Notes: generated by a model from the sequence alone, not told the origin. Counted from the first letter of the stretch, positions 38,646 through 52,702 are shown. The stretch: DNA of 64,000 nucleotides from Paraphysomonas bandaiensis (GCA_965644295.1 CBFFRP010000167.1:62001-126000), one strand, 5' to 3'. Numbers and translations: made by a program.

Positions 38646-39229
38646 AGCAGCATCTGTGGGGGCCTGTAAGCTGAGATTTGGTCAACTAACGGGTTCATAA
38701 TTGCCACGTACTGTTAGCTCCAAAATTTAAAGTTTTACGTAAATATCGTTTCACTTGATAAGATTTTACTTCGTGACAAACAGGTTTTACTGTTGCAGTT
38801 ATGGCAATTATAGTTCACACTTTAATATCACATCTACTGACAAATACTTGCAAGAAATAGTAATTTACATCTTGGCTTTTACATACACACACAAAACGAT
38901 GAACACAGCAGAACGTAATTTAAAAGGTGCGAATATTAATAAAGAAATCTCCTACAGTAAAAAATATAAAATTATATTTAGAAGAAAAAATAAAAGAGAT
39001 AGTTATAATATTTAACCATGGGTCATAGGTAGTTCAAGCTATTATTCAGTCATAAGCATAAAGCTAGTCTTTGTTCGACACGTTTTACGGTCAAAGTATT
39101 CTCAGATAAGAGCGCGCCTTGATCAACCCATTCTGTGGTAGGCTCTTCCACTATTTCCCATTTAGCCCATTTCTTTGACAAATCAACAAGAGTAACACAA
39201 ACATAATAAATTCTTAAACATCAATAATA

Positions 39230-39860
39230 GCTATACAACTAATGTGCTCCTTACCACAGAAGGATGCTGAAGGCATAGATAGCAAGTGCGAAGTTTAGAA
39301 ATTCGTACATAAATGTGATGGTGAATGTAAAAAATTGTAGCCCTCTTGTTGCCATTTTGGCATCACCGTCACATACATGAATATGCATTACGTTTAACCC
39401 CTGCTCGTTCAACTGAATCGAATGCTTTGTGTATGATATGAGAGATGGCATAACCCGAACCCTGAAACGACTGGGTGCCAATGCTCCAAATCGTCCAACA
39501 AGCAACCTTAATCGTCAAGTGTGATATTTAAACTCTACAATAAAATTCTTGAAGTTGTTGCGAAGTCCTAGTGTTAATAATATTCTACATTACTTTGATA
39601 TTCTACATCAGACGTAGGATAGAAGATGGCTTGGAATATTTGGTCATCTGATTTGAAAGTTTATTTATCATTGTGGTTTCTCTCTACAAATGTGCAAAAT
39701 AATGAAATCACTTTCAACTGACTGTCAATATTATTATCTTAACTAAAGTAAATATCATAGTTATTGTTTGAGCAGATTATTGAAGTTGAATGTCTATACT
39801 TTCCCGGTGCTAATATGAGCGTTCCGTTGAACCCAATTCAACACAAAATGAGATAACTAC
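39230..39860 (+). repeat. Degenerate dispersed repeat, copy 2
   Basis: Colinear similarity with 54040-54670 and 30590-30980, including CTGGGTGCCA, CGAAGTCCT, TCATTGTGGTTT and TTGAACCCAATTCA. Confidence 0.75.
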
Positions 39861-40719
39861 ATTTTTCACCAAGAAGTAGAGAAAGAGATGAAATTATATG
39901 AAATAAATGGAGAAATAATAAATGTTGAGTGTTGCTATATCTTTTGCAATTGAAAGCAATATTTTAAGGTTTTTGAATTAATGCTGTTACTTGAAGAATA
40001 TGTTATTTTTTACTTCTAGATTAAAGTAAGCGAGAAAGATTTTTTAGCGGCATTAAGAGATGAGAGTGCCAGAAATGTAAACAGTTTGGTGCATTTCATA
40101 CTGCCTTGATCCGTATGGGAGCATGCTGCTTAATATCTATGGTGTCACAGTGGTGTAGTTTAAGGGCATATTTGTATCAAGCTATCGAAAGAGAATATGG
40201 CTGTGATACTCTATCCATATTTTTAACTTGTGGCTCGTCATTGCAATACTATCTTCAACTAGATACTGTATTCAGCGGTAGAAGATTGTTTGTAATAATA
40301 TATGTAGTATAATTATTCGTATGACAGAATACTTTTCGTAAAATAATATAAACGACAGTACTATATTACTTTTCTAATAGCTTTGATGTGAAAGCTTTTT
40401 GACGATTTGATTAAATTATTACTAATCTTAAAGAGCGCTTATATTGCAACAGAAAAGCTATCATTAATAGAAGCCACCATATAGCTGTTCATATTGACAT
40501 CACTTTCATATTTAAGTTTATGCTAAAACTATATTGTCATAGAGATGTTCTCAGTATACGTGTTCAGTGCAAAGTATACTTGGGTGCGGTTGCTGAGCTA
40601 TTAGACAGTGCACTTCTTGATGAATGCTGCGTAAACTTGACCAGCAATGAATACTGCACTGTTGCTGTTTGTAGTTCATAGTAATATTGTTTGAGTACTA
40701 CGAAACGACTCATATACCG

Positions 40720-41140
40720 TCAACAAAGTCGGACTCACACCTTTTCGTGGTATTCTCCGGAAACTAACGTGAGCCACAATATATATATAGTCGGCAGATA
40801 GTGTTCTGCCCACTCACAGCCAAATGCAAGTGCGGTGCAAGAAAGGACACTAATATAGGTGTTACTTGTGTAGACGTCTTTGGGCCCTCACGAATAAACA
40901 GACATCCGGGACAGGGCCCACCTGAAGGGTAATCAGGGTATTGGGCTGCCTGCTGAAGTCAAGCATCCGGGATGTTCACTTTAAAGACTCCAATAACCTG
41001 AAGTCAGCAGTAATGCCAGGTATATCAACATCCTGCTTGCTTTTTGTGATAGAGCGACGGTGGTTGCACTTTGGTGCTCGCGGTGACGCACAAGCATCTT
41101 TCGTAGCGTAGTTAAATAGTAGGATATCAGTTATGTATTT
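40720..41140 (-). repeat. Degenerate dispersed repeat, copy 3 (inverted)
   Basis: GGGTATTGGGCTGCCTGCTGAAGTCAA..CATCCGGGATGT is shared with about 63050-63090. The reverse complement matches about 30370-30570. Confidence 0.8.
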
Positions 41141-41448
41141 AGGCATTCCAGGTAAGCGTAACAGTTATATTTATACTTCTAATCAGGCCATTCCAGTACA
41201 GATGCTAAAATGTTGTATAATATGCTGCATATCATTAAAGAGGGCTGCAGCTCTATAAAAACAGCATGATTTTATAGCATCAATTCCAATTATATATATA
41301 TTTTGTTAAGTATAAATTTCTCTTTTCTAGAAAAGCAAAAATTATTTTTCACAATATACCCACCGACACACTAGAAGGAAATAAGTGTAAATATTTAATG
41401 CATGTATTGAACTCCGAATGACTACAGATACGCTATAAATAGGCCTCG

Positions 41449-42502
41449 CTAATATTTATACTTCGCTACCCACTTAATCTTCTTTCCTGCGTGTGGTTTC
41501 TCATTTTTCTTTCTTGTTCTTCTATCTCTGGCCATGAGGTCACCAGTGTTTCTCATTGCATTAGTTCTGTCAACCACAGCTATTCCCTTCGGTTTAACAG
41601 CTCGTAAGCTTCCCTTCAGTTCATCAGAGAGAGGAACAGCTGCAGCCTCATCATATGTCATGCCGTCTGCTTCAGCTGCTGAAGCCTCCTTCAGTGCTTT
41701 GATATATTCCTTGTGCGCTTCGCGTTCCTTTTCTTCTTTCTCTAGGGACTGCACATGTCGCCCCAACACCTCAATGTCCTTCATCAGGTCACGTTCCTCA
41801 CGCTCTTTGTGTCGCTCATTCTGCAATATATTACGGTTTCTTATCTTGTTGCGCTGAGCACGAGTAAGTTTCTCTTTTGGCTTTGTCCGCCGTGTTCCTG
41901 GTTCAGCCCCACTGTCTGACTCGTCATCAGATTCGGATTCGGACTCATCAGATTCAGTCCAGGCAACACTATTAGCTATCTGGGGCACTTTGTCGAACGC
42001 AGTGTTCTTACGTACAAGTTTTTCCTCGTGCTGGATGCTGAGAGCGACCGCCTACAAAATAAATCACTAAGGCCATAGAGAGGTCAATACGATGTACCTC
42101 AGCTAATACATCTTGATGATCATTGTGGGAAGGATTATAAGACAATCCTCCCTCAGGCACACGAATTTTCTTCTTATTGCTAGGCTTGTTTGGTTTGGCC
42201 GAAGAGCTTTCGTCCCCCCACAAATCAAACAGCTCTTTGCTCTGTTTTTTTTTCTTCTTATTTGAAGTATCTTGAAGTTGTTTTGATATTAGTTTCCGCT
42301 CAACTTTAGATACGACTCTTGTGCTCTGCAGTGCTTCACGCTCTTTGTTTAACTTCCGCCTTGAGTTCTTGGACCCGGCCCTATCAACAACAAAGAGCTC
42401 TTCATCGTTCTGTCCAGCCAACACACCTGCATCGACACTATCATCGACATAGTTCTCATATGACTGTACAAGCTCTGCTTCTCTTTGCCTTTTCCTGGGC
42501 AT
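41449..42502 (-). CDS. NOP53: Ribosome biogenesis protein NOP53 (GLTSCR2/PICT1), 2 exons
   Basis: NDEELFVVDR, LFDLWG, GGLSYNPSHNDHQDVL, TRAQRNK, PLSDELKGSLRAVKPKG. Intron about 42052-42097. Confidence 0.9.
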
Positions 42503-42784
42503 TATGTATCTGGCTATATCCTGAAGTTATTCGACTATACGATATCAGAATATATAGCCTTCAAGTGAACTCTTCTCTCCTACATGTACTCTATATACAG
42601 ACCACTATAGTATATATGCCCATACCACTGATATTGAATGGTTGTTGTACATGTCAGGACGCAGGAACCAATCATCAGTGCCACACTTTCATTCATTCGT
42701 TCTGAATGGTAGTGTACCAAACTGGTTGAGAATTGAATATGTAATTCATTTATATATAATATATTCTATCGAAATAGTCAGCAA

Positions 42785-42856
42785 GCGGGGATAGCTCAGC
42801 GGTAGAGCAATTGATTGCAGCTCAATAGGCCATTGGTTCGAATCCGATTTCTCGCT
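42785..42856 (+). tRNA. tRNA-Cys(GCA), copy 1
   Basis: Cloverleaf: acceptor stem GCGGGGA/TTCTCGC, D arm GCTC/GAGC, anticodon stem ATTGA/TCAAT with loop TT-GCA-GC, T arm ATTGG-TTCGAAT-CCGAT. Discriminator U73 and a downstream T-run. Confidence 0.95.
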
Positions 42857-42964
42857 TCTCCTTTTTTGCACCTTTCATACACTGATATGATCGGAAACGT
42901 ATTCTGTGGCATGAACTTAAAATAAACCTTTATATTAACCAAATAACTCACGTGTTGTCAGCAA

Positions 42965-43036
42965 GCGGGGATAGCTCAGCGGTAGAGCAATTGATTGCAG
43001 CTCAATAGGCCATTGGTTCGAATCCGATTTCTCGCT
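42965..43036 (+). tRNA. tRNA-Cys(GCA), copy 2 (identical, 180 bp downstream)
   Basis: Same 72-nt sequence, followed by a poly-T Pol III terminator. Confidence 0.95.
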
Positions 43037-43549
43037 TCTCTTTTTTTTGCTATTTTCAAAGATATCTTTGTGTTTTTTTATGTAAATATTCCGGATTTTT
43101 ATATGCTGTACTGCTGTATACTGGCGTAATAGTATCATACCGCATACTCTGCGTGCTATAGTTATGGGAGGGGGCAGAGTATTTAACTCGACATTGCTAT
43201 AGTATCATCTCCGGCTGCCACGAAACTCTCAGCAGATACCGTTATCCAGGAGCTCTTAAGTCATCGACAAGGGACTATCCTGTATGCAATATAGAGCATC
43301 ACCACCCCTTGCAGGCCATATATATACAGATAGTTCTATATACTAAGAGTCCATTTAACGGACACGGATTAAGAGACACCAACACCTGTATCATCACTTA
43401 AACCAATCACCGGAGAGTTATCTTTTGTGCGGATTGTTTGAGTACTTCAGCGAGATATTGTGTGAGCTACCTGTGACGGCACTGTGCGATAGTTTGATAT
43501 GAGTATATTGAGAGGCGCAACAGTTATCGCTCTTGTTTTGTTTGTGAGG

Positions 43550-46075
43550 TTATCAACAATCAATGCACGAATGAAATAATTTCTATGCAGTGCGAATGGA
43601 GGATACAGATCACGGCTGGTATCTATGCTGAATCGAAACCAAATTCAGAGCAAACTCTTTGAGCCATGTATGGGAAAAGGTGAATGCTTCAGGTAAATTC
43701 TCTCTATATAAAAATAAGTACCAATCAATTAGACACTTTGTAGTGGCGCTTGGATGGGTAATATAGCTCATCTATTAGATAATCCAAAACTTGATGAATT
43801 TTTCCCCAATGGTGAAATCGATAAGGACACTCGATCCGTTCGTTGCGAAGATGCGTCTTTTTTCTTTTTTCATAAAATGCTCGATATTCGTCGCACAGAG
43901 AAATGGGGCGAGCCTCCTATTCAGACGATTGATCTCTTTGACTTCTCTGGTTTATTACTATAATATTATATCGTAAGTAATACCAGTTACTGTAGTTTTA
44001 CATTTGTCATCGACGGAGAGGCTTTTGTACAAAACTTTGAATCGTTCGAAGGAGGCAAAGGTATTGCTCGTATAAGTCACAATTAAATATCTTTCAGCTT
44101 CATAGGACTTGCTGGAAAGGGAGATGAATCACACACTTCGGTCTCTGAGCGTTTATTTTAATCCTCATGCGGAGGGTAACATTAGGTGAACGACTGAGTA
44201 TTACATGAACGGACTTCATCTATTTCTGCAGACGGATGGCCATGGAAGGCAAGAGCACTGCTTTGGCTTCTTCTGCTATCTCATATAATTTTAAAGTACT
44301 GTAGACATCATTTTACGTTTACCTACTGAACTAATTTTCTGACTACATACCAGAACAATAGGAGGTCTTTGCAGGAACTCGCAGATCGCACTCTTGTCGT
44401 GATACCCTTTCTTCTTAGCAGCAAGGGTGAAAGTTAGTACAATTGGGTAGTGTTAACTCTTTGTAAAATATATTTGGTACGCAGGTGGCACAATGAAAAC
44501 TTATAGAAAGAAAAATCTGAAGTTGTGTTTTTGGTCAATCTTTCCACTCTTTCGCAATATAATTGGTAATGCAAGATTTGCAGCGATTGAGTAACGTACT
44601 CACGTGCTTTGCAGGTGCCGTCGTCAATGACAGAGACAGAGAGCAAGCTTTACGCATATTACCTTTTTCACGTGTGATCAAGATTCCCGGTCGGTGTCCT
44701 GTTTGGGGCAGCGACTTTCTCCTCACTTACCATGTGCAGAAGTGACAGTGACGGGCATGTGTGGGCTTCCGATGGCAGCTCTTTTACAAATTAGGCGGTC
44801 TGTGTATTGCTAACATCTTATCGGAGCATCATATGCTTTTGATGTAGGGAAATGTTGATTAATACGACGATGCGAGACTCATTTGACTTCATATACTATA
44901 CGGAAGGGGATCAGGTTTTGTTCGCACGGAAACTGCCGGACATATTTTCGTATCTGACGACACACCAATATACAGTGAGTTTTTATAATTACTTGTAATT
45001 GTATCGTCACTTGTAATATGAGGCCTTATCTCCGCATCGACTCGTTGTGCCATCGGAATTGGTGCTACAGAGTTTTGGCAGAAACTTGACTGAGATGATA
45101 AATATTGGCGGTAGCCATTCAAGATTTTCATGCTGTCTTGATACTTCTTCACTTGCTGTGACCCGCGTACACTGGAAACCAATTTCCAGTCCGTCAGCTA
45201 CTGTGATAAAGATATTTGGTGTACCAGTAGTAGCAGGCAACGGGAATTTTTTCACTCAAGAGTATCGAGTCTGTAACATTTCTCATCGAGTAAATCATTG
45301 CCCTAAAAATGTGAACTCTGCTACATTTCTGATGTATGATGAAGATCCGCCTATATTTATTAAGGTGTTATGTTGAACTTATCTGTATACTTAGCAGTAA
45401 TTGTTATATAAGGCTATCCAGGAAAAACTCTACGTAAATGATATGAATGGTGGGTTGACGAAATATATTCACTAGGAAGGGGTATTCGTTTTCACCGGTT
45501 TAGCCAATGATCTTTTTTCCCTTTCCGAGAACGTGTCCTAGTATAGTGCTAGTGTTGATTAAACTAAGCTATGTATAGATTTTTATGAAAATCCCGGCTT
45601 ATCTTTTGTGTGTGCTGACAAGCAAGCCTCAGCTACTTCTACACTACACTTGCGTCATTCATACATGATTCCGAAAACCCCTCGCATTCTAGTGGATGAG
45701 GAGTCTCAACCAATGCAATGCTAGACCTATAATGAGATACTTAGTCATGCATGGTCACGAGAAGCTCCGCGAAATCGTTTTTAGGGAATGGAAAGATGAA
45801 CATGGCTTTGTTAGTTGCTAGAATCTGCGCGAAAAACATATACAGGTGATGCATTGCTATGAAAACCCCGTGTAAACTCTATGAAGAGGTGAAAACAGAT
45901 GAGGCAGTAGAGTGGTTCTCACAGAATCTGTACGCGATCTATATGGTCAGCCAAGATGGTGGCGGGTGTGCGTAACTACGTAGAATTAGCGCAAAATCTG
46001 GTGTTGTAAGTGGTGTACCAGTGAACCCACACTATGGCTACACTGTCGGAATCAGGCCCTGGTAACCATTAACAC
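43550..46075 (+). pseudogene. Probable decayed multi-exon gene of unknown family
   Basis: Protein-like segments between GT..AG intron-like spacers (WMGNIAHLLDNPKLDEFFPNG; AVVNDRDREQALRILPFSRVIKIPG; RHSYMIPKTPRILVDEESQPMQC*TYNEILSHAW), with in-frame stops and frameshifts. Boundaries approximate. Confidence 0.4.
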
Positions 46076-48306
46076 CTATAAGTAGACAATACCGCTCATA
46101 ATATATAGTGTGGTGCTCCCTTAATTACTAATTTTTAGTTAAATAACAGACTACGAATTGTAACTACTTCTCGCTCTCCACTGGCACATCAGGAACTTCT
46201 TGCAGGGTTTCATGGAGGGCATCATAAGCATCCCACAACATGTATAATTCGCTCGTAGGAAATAGCAACGATTCTAGAAAATAAGAATTCAGGTGTCATG
46301 ATCAACTTTGCACGATTACAGAGCCTCTCAACAATAACATTAGATTGTGCTTCGATATAAAGCAAAAAGCTGTAGTTGGTCTCTTAGATACTAAGTCGAG
46401 CTCTCTTTTGGTGACCTCGGCGCTGTCCAGAATCAGTTTCTGCACTTTTGTCGAATGAGAACAAACTGGCATTCTTAAACGTCTTTAGTTCTCTATATAT
46501 AGCATATATCAAGTACCAATACATACATGCCATTAATAGTACTTACCGGCAATTATAATGGCATGCATTAATGAAAAATGTCGCGGCGATTATAATGACC
46601 ATTTTAATGGTAATGGCCGCAATGGGGCAGGTATGCAGGTATGCTGTAGTACTGTAGTTTCGCTTCATAAACAACTTAATTTTAGATTGTGATATATATA
46701 TCCTGCGTACAGGAGTGGTATACAGAGTAGAGTATAAAGTCTTGTCTACTCCATGTTATCTTCTAGAGGATATATATATACAGCACCGTAAGTAAACCAT
46801 ATGCAAACGTGGGGGAAAAAATTCCCGCGCTTTTGACGTGTATTCCTCTTGTTAAAACTAGCTTGCTACTAGAGTCCTAAAATAAGTTTCTGCATTATTT
46901 GTACTGATATATATTATATTATTGACTAATATTGCAAAGTATTATTATTTTTCAGTGTATAAATGGGCTGAACTAACCATTTGATTGAAATGTACGTGAA
47001 TTAGCTACAAACTAGTTCTAGCTAGTCATTATTGTATAAACTTAAAGCCACATGATTATATAGAACAGAAGAGTAACGAACATACAATGTACACTCTACT
47101 CTACTCTCTCTACATATATTTCAATAACATTCTGCAGAATACTTTGTTCTTATCCTTCCTGTTATCAAGCTCGAGGCACTGGGCTTCAGCTTTGAAGTTG
47201 TCACGTTCGTAAGCAAAATGAATGTGTTCCAGTATAGAAGACTTTCTATACAGGAGTTCTTCCTGCTCTTCTTTCTATCTTTGCTTTGGTTTCGACGGGG
47301 AGGTCTCATCTTTCGACGAAGCTGAATGATGCCTCCTCTTCACAGCTGCTGAAGTGCCCATCATCAATGCGTGCAGGTAACTCCACAGAGCTCTCGATCT
47401 CTTTCTTCCGACAACCCTTTCTTAAAAAGTAGACTTATAATTAGTCAGGTCATGCACTACAGAAGCTGAAACTTGATACTTTTAAAGGACTATAGGAACG
47501 TCAATAGCGATGACATTGTCGAATAATATAAGACTTTGAAGATATATAATTATTTACTACCACTAGCGTTCTGATTAGGTAGTGGTTATATAAGTAGCTC
47601 AATTGACTCGGAGTGTTTTAGTGCTTGATATTTATATCAGTGTGCATGGTATACTGGACATTTCTGTTGCTATATATAGTGCATCATATTGATCAGTGTG
47701 CTTCAGTTCGATAAGTTAATGCGAATTTTGTTTTTGTGTGTATGTGAATGGAAGTATATCTGGTTAATTAATTATTCAAAAGATAGTGTTGATTTGACAG
47801 TTTTCAACAATTTGATATTATTGTCAATTTATTGGAAGTATTTTATCAGAGTATTGTATTGATGTTCATTGAATCTTGTTATAATATTGGAGATTATTAT
47901 TACGGTTTACACGCTGATAATCGATCGACAAAATATTTTGTTCAAATGTTATCGATTTCAAGTTGGTGTTTCAGTGGAGAGTAATCGATTAATGCCAGGA
48001 ATATTTCTATAAGCTTAATTCCGAGTGAATATTTAGTTCATTGTATTTTCGATTCGCCATTTCAACTCTTGATATTTTCGAGAAGTGTATTATTTTTATT
48101 AACTACTTACAAGAGTTTATGCATCGATATACATAGATAAATGCGGAACACAGATGCATCGCCTTCAATGCAACAATAATCCAGTATACCAAAAAATAAA
48201 GTACGATACATTACATCTTTAAATCCTAATGATAGCTTTGTCCCAGTGATAATTCGCGTAGGTATCATACTGCTAATTATTCTTGGCAAATCATAAAGCA
48301 CAAGGC

Positions 48307-51300
48307 TTATCTATCGTTTGTGTCAGTAGAGGCGGGATCGCGCGAGAACTTATCATCGTGCTCGCTGCTACACTCCTCATCAATATTCTCCATTACAGAT
48401 GCACGATTCTTTTTCACACTCTTTCCAAGTCTCCCTTCATCGTCGCCATCATCATTGTCACACATGTCTTCATGTTCACTCCACATTTTCGCAGATATCT
48501 TGGAGTGATAAATCTCCCTATTCTCTAAAATATACAGGCGACGATGCAAAGATTCCAGCTGTGCTTGGATCACATTTCTTTCGTCCGTAATGGCTGTAAC
48601 AGATGACACGGACGCCGCATTCATATGATCCTCCTTTCTTACCTCAGCCTTCTTCGGAAACAGCTGAGATAATATCCTTCAGATAAGTTAATTAGACGAT
48701 ACAAAGAAAACGCCGATAAATACCTAGACTTTATTCGTACACCGTCATCTTTCTTCACCAATTGAAATTTCTTATCGAGATCGTACCCCTGTACTAATGT
48801 TAGTGCTATGTTTCCATATACTATATTAAATTGATGACATCACCTCTAATAAGTTTCGTAGAATCCGTAGAAATAACAAGTCCATTATCTTGATAGCAGT
48901 AATTACGAAAGAAACCGCGATTACAGCACGTATTGTCGTTGCTTTCATATTGGTAAGTAGTATGATAGTCGATGTCACTCCGCATGATATGAATACCGCG
49001 AATGTTGCTGTACAGATTGAATATCACCACTTAAACCCAAATAAGAGAAATATGCTCACCGTATACTGCGCTCCGTATATGGCTCGTACCAACTGGAAGA
49101 TTTCGTGTGAGAAAGCAGAGTACAGCACCCATAAGAAGAATCAGTGCTATGTACCCGAACTGTAAATATATATACACGTCACTGACATTGTACGAACAAC
49201 ACAGCACATTAGTAATTTCAAATTGATTATCGCGTATAGTTTTCTTCTCAACAGAGCTTCCATTTGTATTTAAAGCAAGCAAAACGACTGCAATAACGAC
49301 AAGCAAAACTGTCCGAAATAAAGCCTGAGCTTTCGTTACTTTCACTCGAGTTAGGGAATTGTTGAGAACCATATACATACGCCACGTCTTCACAACAAGG
49401 GGTACAAATACAAGGTGAAATGCGAGTTGAGAGAGCCACAATAGCGCTTCGCATCGAACTGAAGTCACTTCTAGACACATCACGATTGCTGCGACGCATG
49501 CCGTAATACATCCCGTTAGAATAACATACGCTAACTCTGGTTGTGCTATTCCAATCAACCTATACTCTCTGTAACAATATATTAGCACTGCACATGTTAT
49601 TGCGATTAGAATTCCGATGACGGCCGCGGCGATAACAAGAGCAGCAATGAGAAGTGGAAGGTGTATCGTTTGAGGATCAGGTCTATCTGTGGTACGGGTG
49701 TTATCCGCGGTATTGAAAACGACATCACTGCTACAAACGCGGCCCATTGACATGCCACTAAAACAGGGCAAAAATACAGATTCTGGACCTGTTTGCACTG
49801 CCCCAATTTGAATGAAACCGATGTGATCTGAGACGTTTTCTAACTTTTGCTCCAGGTACTTATCAGGATCAAAATTCAACACCCTGTAGACAAGTCCTTC
49901 TGTACGAGCCCCCCCTGCACCGACACCAATGAGCTGCCCATCCAAAGAAACCGGTCCACTCAGTCCGCGGAAGCGCGCGTACTCTTCCATTGATTCCCTG
50001 AGAGAGTTATGTGTGATGTTATCTGCATGAGTGACATTGTTTTCTGACAAGTACAACAAGTGGTGCAGTCCGTGTGCTAACGCAATTACCGCATCATACG
50101 CAAAAGCTACAGTTCTACTCATTTCGTTGCCGGTGTAAGTAGAGAAGTTAAGTCCTGTGCAGACAAGGGAATAGTTATGAATAGACTCGTTTTCCATTTC
50201 ATACGGACAGACGGGTAGCAAGGATGTTTGATGCAAGTAGAACGTGCCACTGGAATCTGTTGCGTTGTTACATTCCCACTGGCCATCATGCTCTTGCCCA
50301 TTTGTAGGATCTTGCACACTCCACCTAGACACGAAGGCGGAAAACTCGTCTGATTCACGGTTTATGTCCAGTGAAACCCCTATGGAGCCTCTCATCACTT
50401 CTACTACATCAGAAGACGACATATCTCCACCGATACCCTCCCAGACTTCGGGGTATGTGATTACCTCTGTGCCAATGATCTGGATTCCTTCCCGAAACAC
50501 TCCTCTCTTACGCCCTTCAGAGAGAAGGCAACCTACTTCATGAGGAGAAATCAGCAGTACGTACACACGCGCTCCGCTTTGTCGCATGGCCTCCAAACTC
50601 AATTTATAGGCATCGCTGCAATTACTCCACGTTACACCCTCTTCGATACTGACAAAGGGTAGCTCAACAGTAGTCAATACAGATATACCGTGATGCCCTG
50701 CTCGCCTCATGAACTCCGCACTGGAATATATACCATCGACCCCGGTAGAATGTACAACACAAACCCTTCGCCAACCATAACTAGACGCAATGAAGTCCGC
50801 CAGCACCCTGCCCTGAAGGGAATAAGGAGGGTTTGCTTGTAGAAATGCCGGAAAGAGTTCTCGATCAATCACGAGTGTTGAATCTAACGAAAACCCCACC
50901 CCTAAAATATTACCTTCCTCGAATACAGGCCGCGTGCCTAAATCGTTTATAACATACAAAAATGCATAATATGATATTGACTGACCTCTCAATGCAATTT
51001 CTTCATCCGGGCCTAAATAGGCAACAATTCCAGAGCCTTCCGTAAGTGCGGTTGCTCCAAGACCAGAGCATCTGAAGGTGTCAGTACTCAAAAATCTTGA
51101 AGATATTCGTGTGGTAGGCAGAATATTATCATATATTCCGTCAGATTTGTTGTTTATTTCACGAATAGCCATTAGTATAGCTGATTCTACTTCCACATTA
51201 GAAACACTAATGCTCCCATATGATAGCAGCGACATAACGACACCGATATTGACATCATTTAAAGTCGAAGCTTCACTTAGCCAGACCAAGAGATGGATAA

Positions 51301-51334
51301 GATATATGAGGACCCCTATCTTGCTCCTTCCCAT
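48307..51334 (-). CDS. Class C (GABA-B/metabotropic glutamate-like) GPCR with a Venus-flytrap extracellular domain, multi-exon
   Basis: Signal peptide MGRSKIGVLIYLIHLLVWLSEAS; flytrap motifs AILMAIREINNKSDG..ILP, YGWRRVCVVHS, FAYDAVIALAHGLH and FRGLSGPVSLD; 7TM region with IAQPELAYVILTG and LVVKTWRMY. Later exons run through ORF 48307-48624. Confidence 0.88.
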
Positions 51335-52702
51335 ATCTATTTTATACGACAGATATGCAGATAGAACAGGCCCAAACACAAGTAGATACGCAGGTACAGT
51401 ACAGGGAGCTAATCAACATCTACAGCCTACCACTCATGTCACCAATTTGATAATATACAGAACTAACTGACAGATAAATGACCTGTTCGTGTTCTATGAA
51501 GTGCATAGAGCAGAGTAGAGTAGAGTTCTATATATATATCTGTGTATACGGTATATATATATGGAGAGAGAGGGCTCACTGTGGTATATATATACGTACG
51601 TAAGTAGTACTTGAATACACAGTACACTGTACACTGTACATACTGCTCTACCTCCCATCCTCGAAGCAGTTATACCCATACAAAAGAGCAGCAATCTGAT
51701 AATATTCTGAAAAACACTGATTTTGGCCTAACTTCTCTAAGAAATAATGGTATCTACAGAGAAATCTGTCTATTTTTTCGAAATATTGATTTTCTTGTCG
51801 TCAAAATTGTCTGTTTTTCTACAGCAGTCTATACTCTGAACTGAGAAGGTGAGAGAGAGCAAGCTGAACAATACTCATATAACTGTGAGACAACAGCATC
51901 AACATATCTGTTGGTATTCAAGATCAAGAGAGACTATGAAGAGATACTCACCAGCAGAAAGGAACTGACTACGAAGAGATCTTTTATTTAATTGCGGTGG
52001 ATGTAGTGCTACATCGCCTGGCAGTGCATGTGCATAAGCCAACCCGGAGATATAATTAAAACTATTACAAGTATGAACGACTGCAGCGCGGATGACCCGA
52101 TCATGAACCTTGTGAATCATAAACACTTCGAACATATCCGACTTTGGTTCCATTATGTGTTTTTGCAATAAGAAGCCTAATCAGGATGAATGTGTACTGA
52201 CGGCAGAAACAGCAGCAGACATAAAGACAATGGCCTTCAGAAAAGTCATTAATTTCACTCGGTGCTATTATGCCAAGTGGGCTCGAGTATATGTATATAT
52301 GTCGAACTATGCTCACCAGTTGGGAAGTATTACTATGCGCTTGAAGGTTTATGTATTTATTAGTGGTAGCTTGTTCTATCAACAGCAATGAAATACCATA
52401 CACAATTACTATAATAAGAGAGAAAGCAAACAGTATAAGCTAATACTGTGATAACATTGGAGACAGTGCTTGTAAGGTGATGTTGGCTGGTACTACCTCG
52501 TAGCAACAAAACTATCACAATATCAATATACTTTAACAGTTCTCTTAAGTGAATTAGTAAGCAGTTTTCTATCTATACAATACTCAAACACTATTAGAAT
52601 TTGGAATGCATTATGCATTACAATTCATAGATATGTTCAATGCACTAGTTCAGCTGAAGCTTATATAAGAATGAGAAACTACAGTTCTATGATAATACAA
52701 CG

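Noticed and set aside
42785-43036. tRNA pair as possible tRNA-Sec linked to the selenoprotein
   Set aside because: The anticodon is GCA, the variable arm is short and the acceptor stem has 7 bp, so these are ordinary tRNA-Cys.
46808-46861. GC-rich hairpin followed by CTAG, like a Helitron 3' end
   Set aside because: The hairpin-to-CTAG spacing is long (about 30 nt), and there is no second copy or 5' end evidence in the window.
47120-47420. Charged, protein-like stretch on the minus strand
   Set aside because: Short, interrupted by stops, and no family motif is recognisable.
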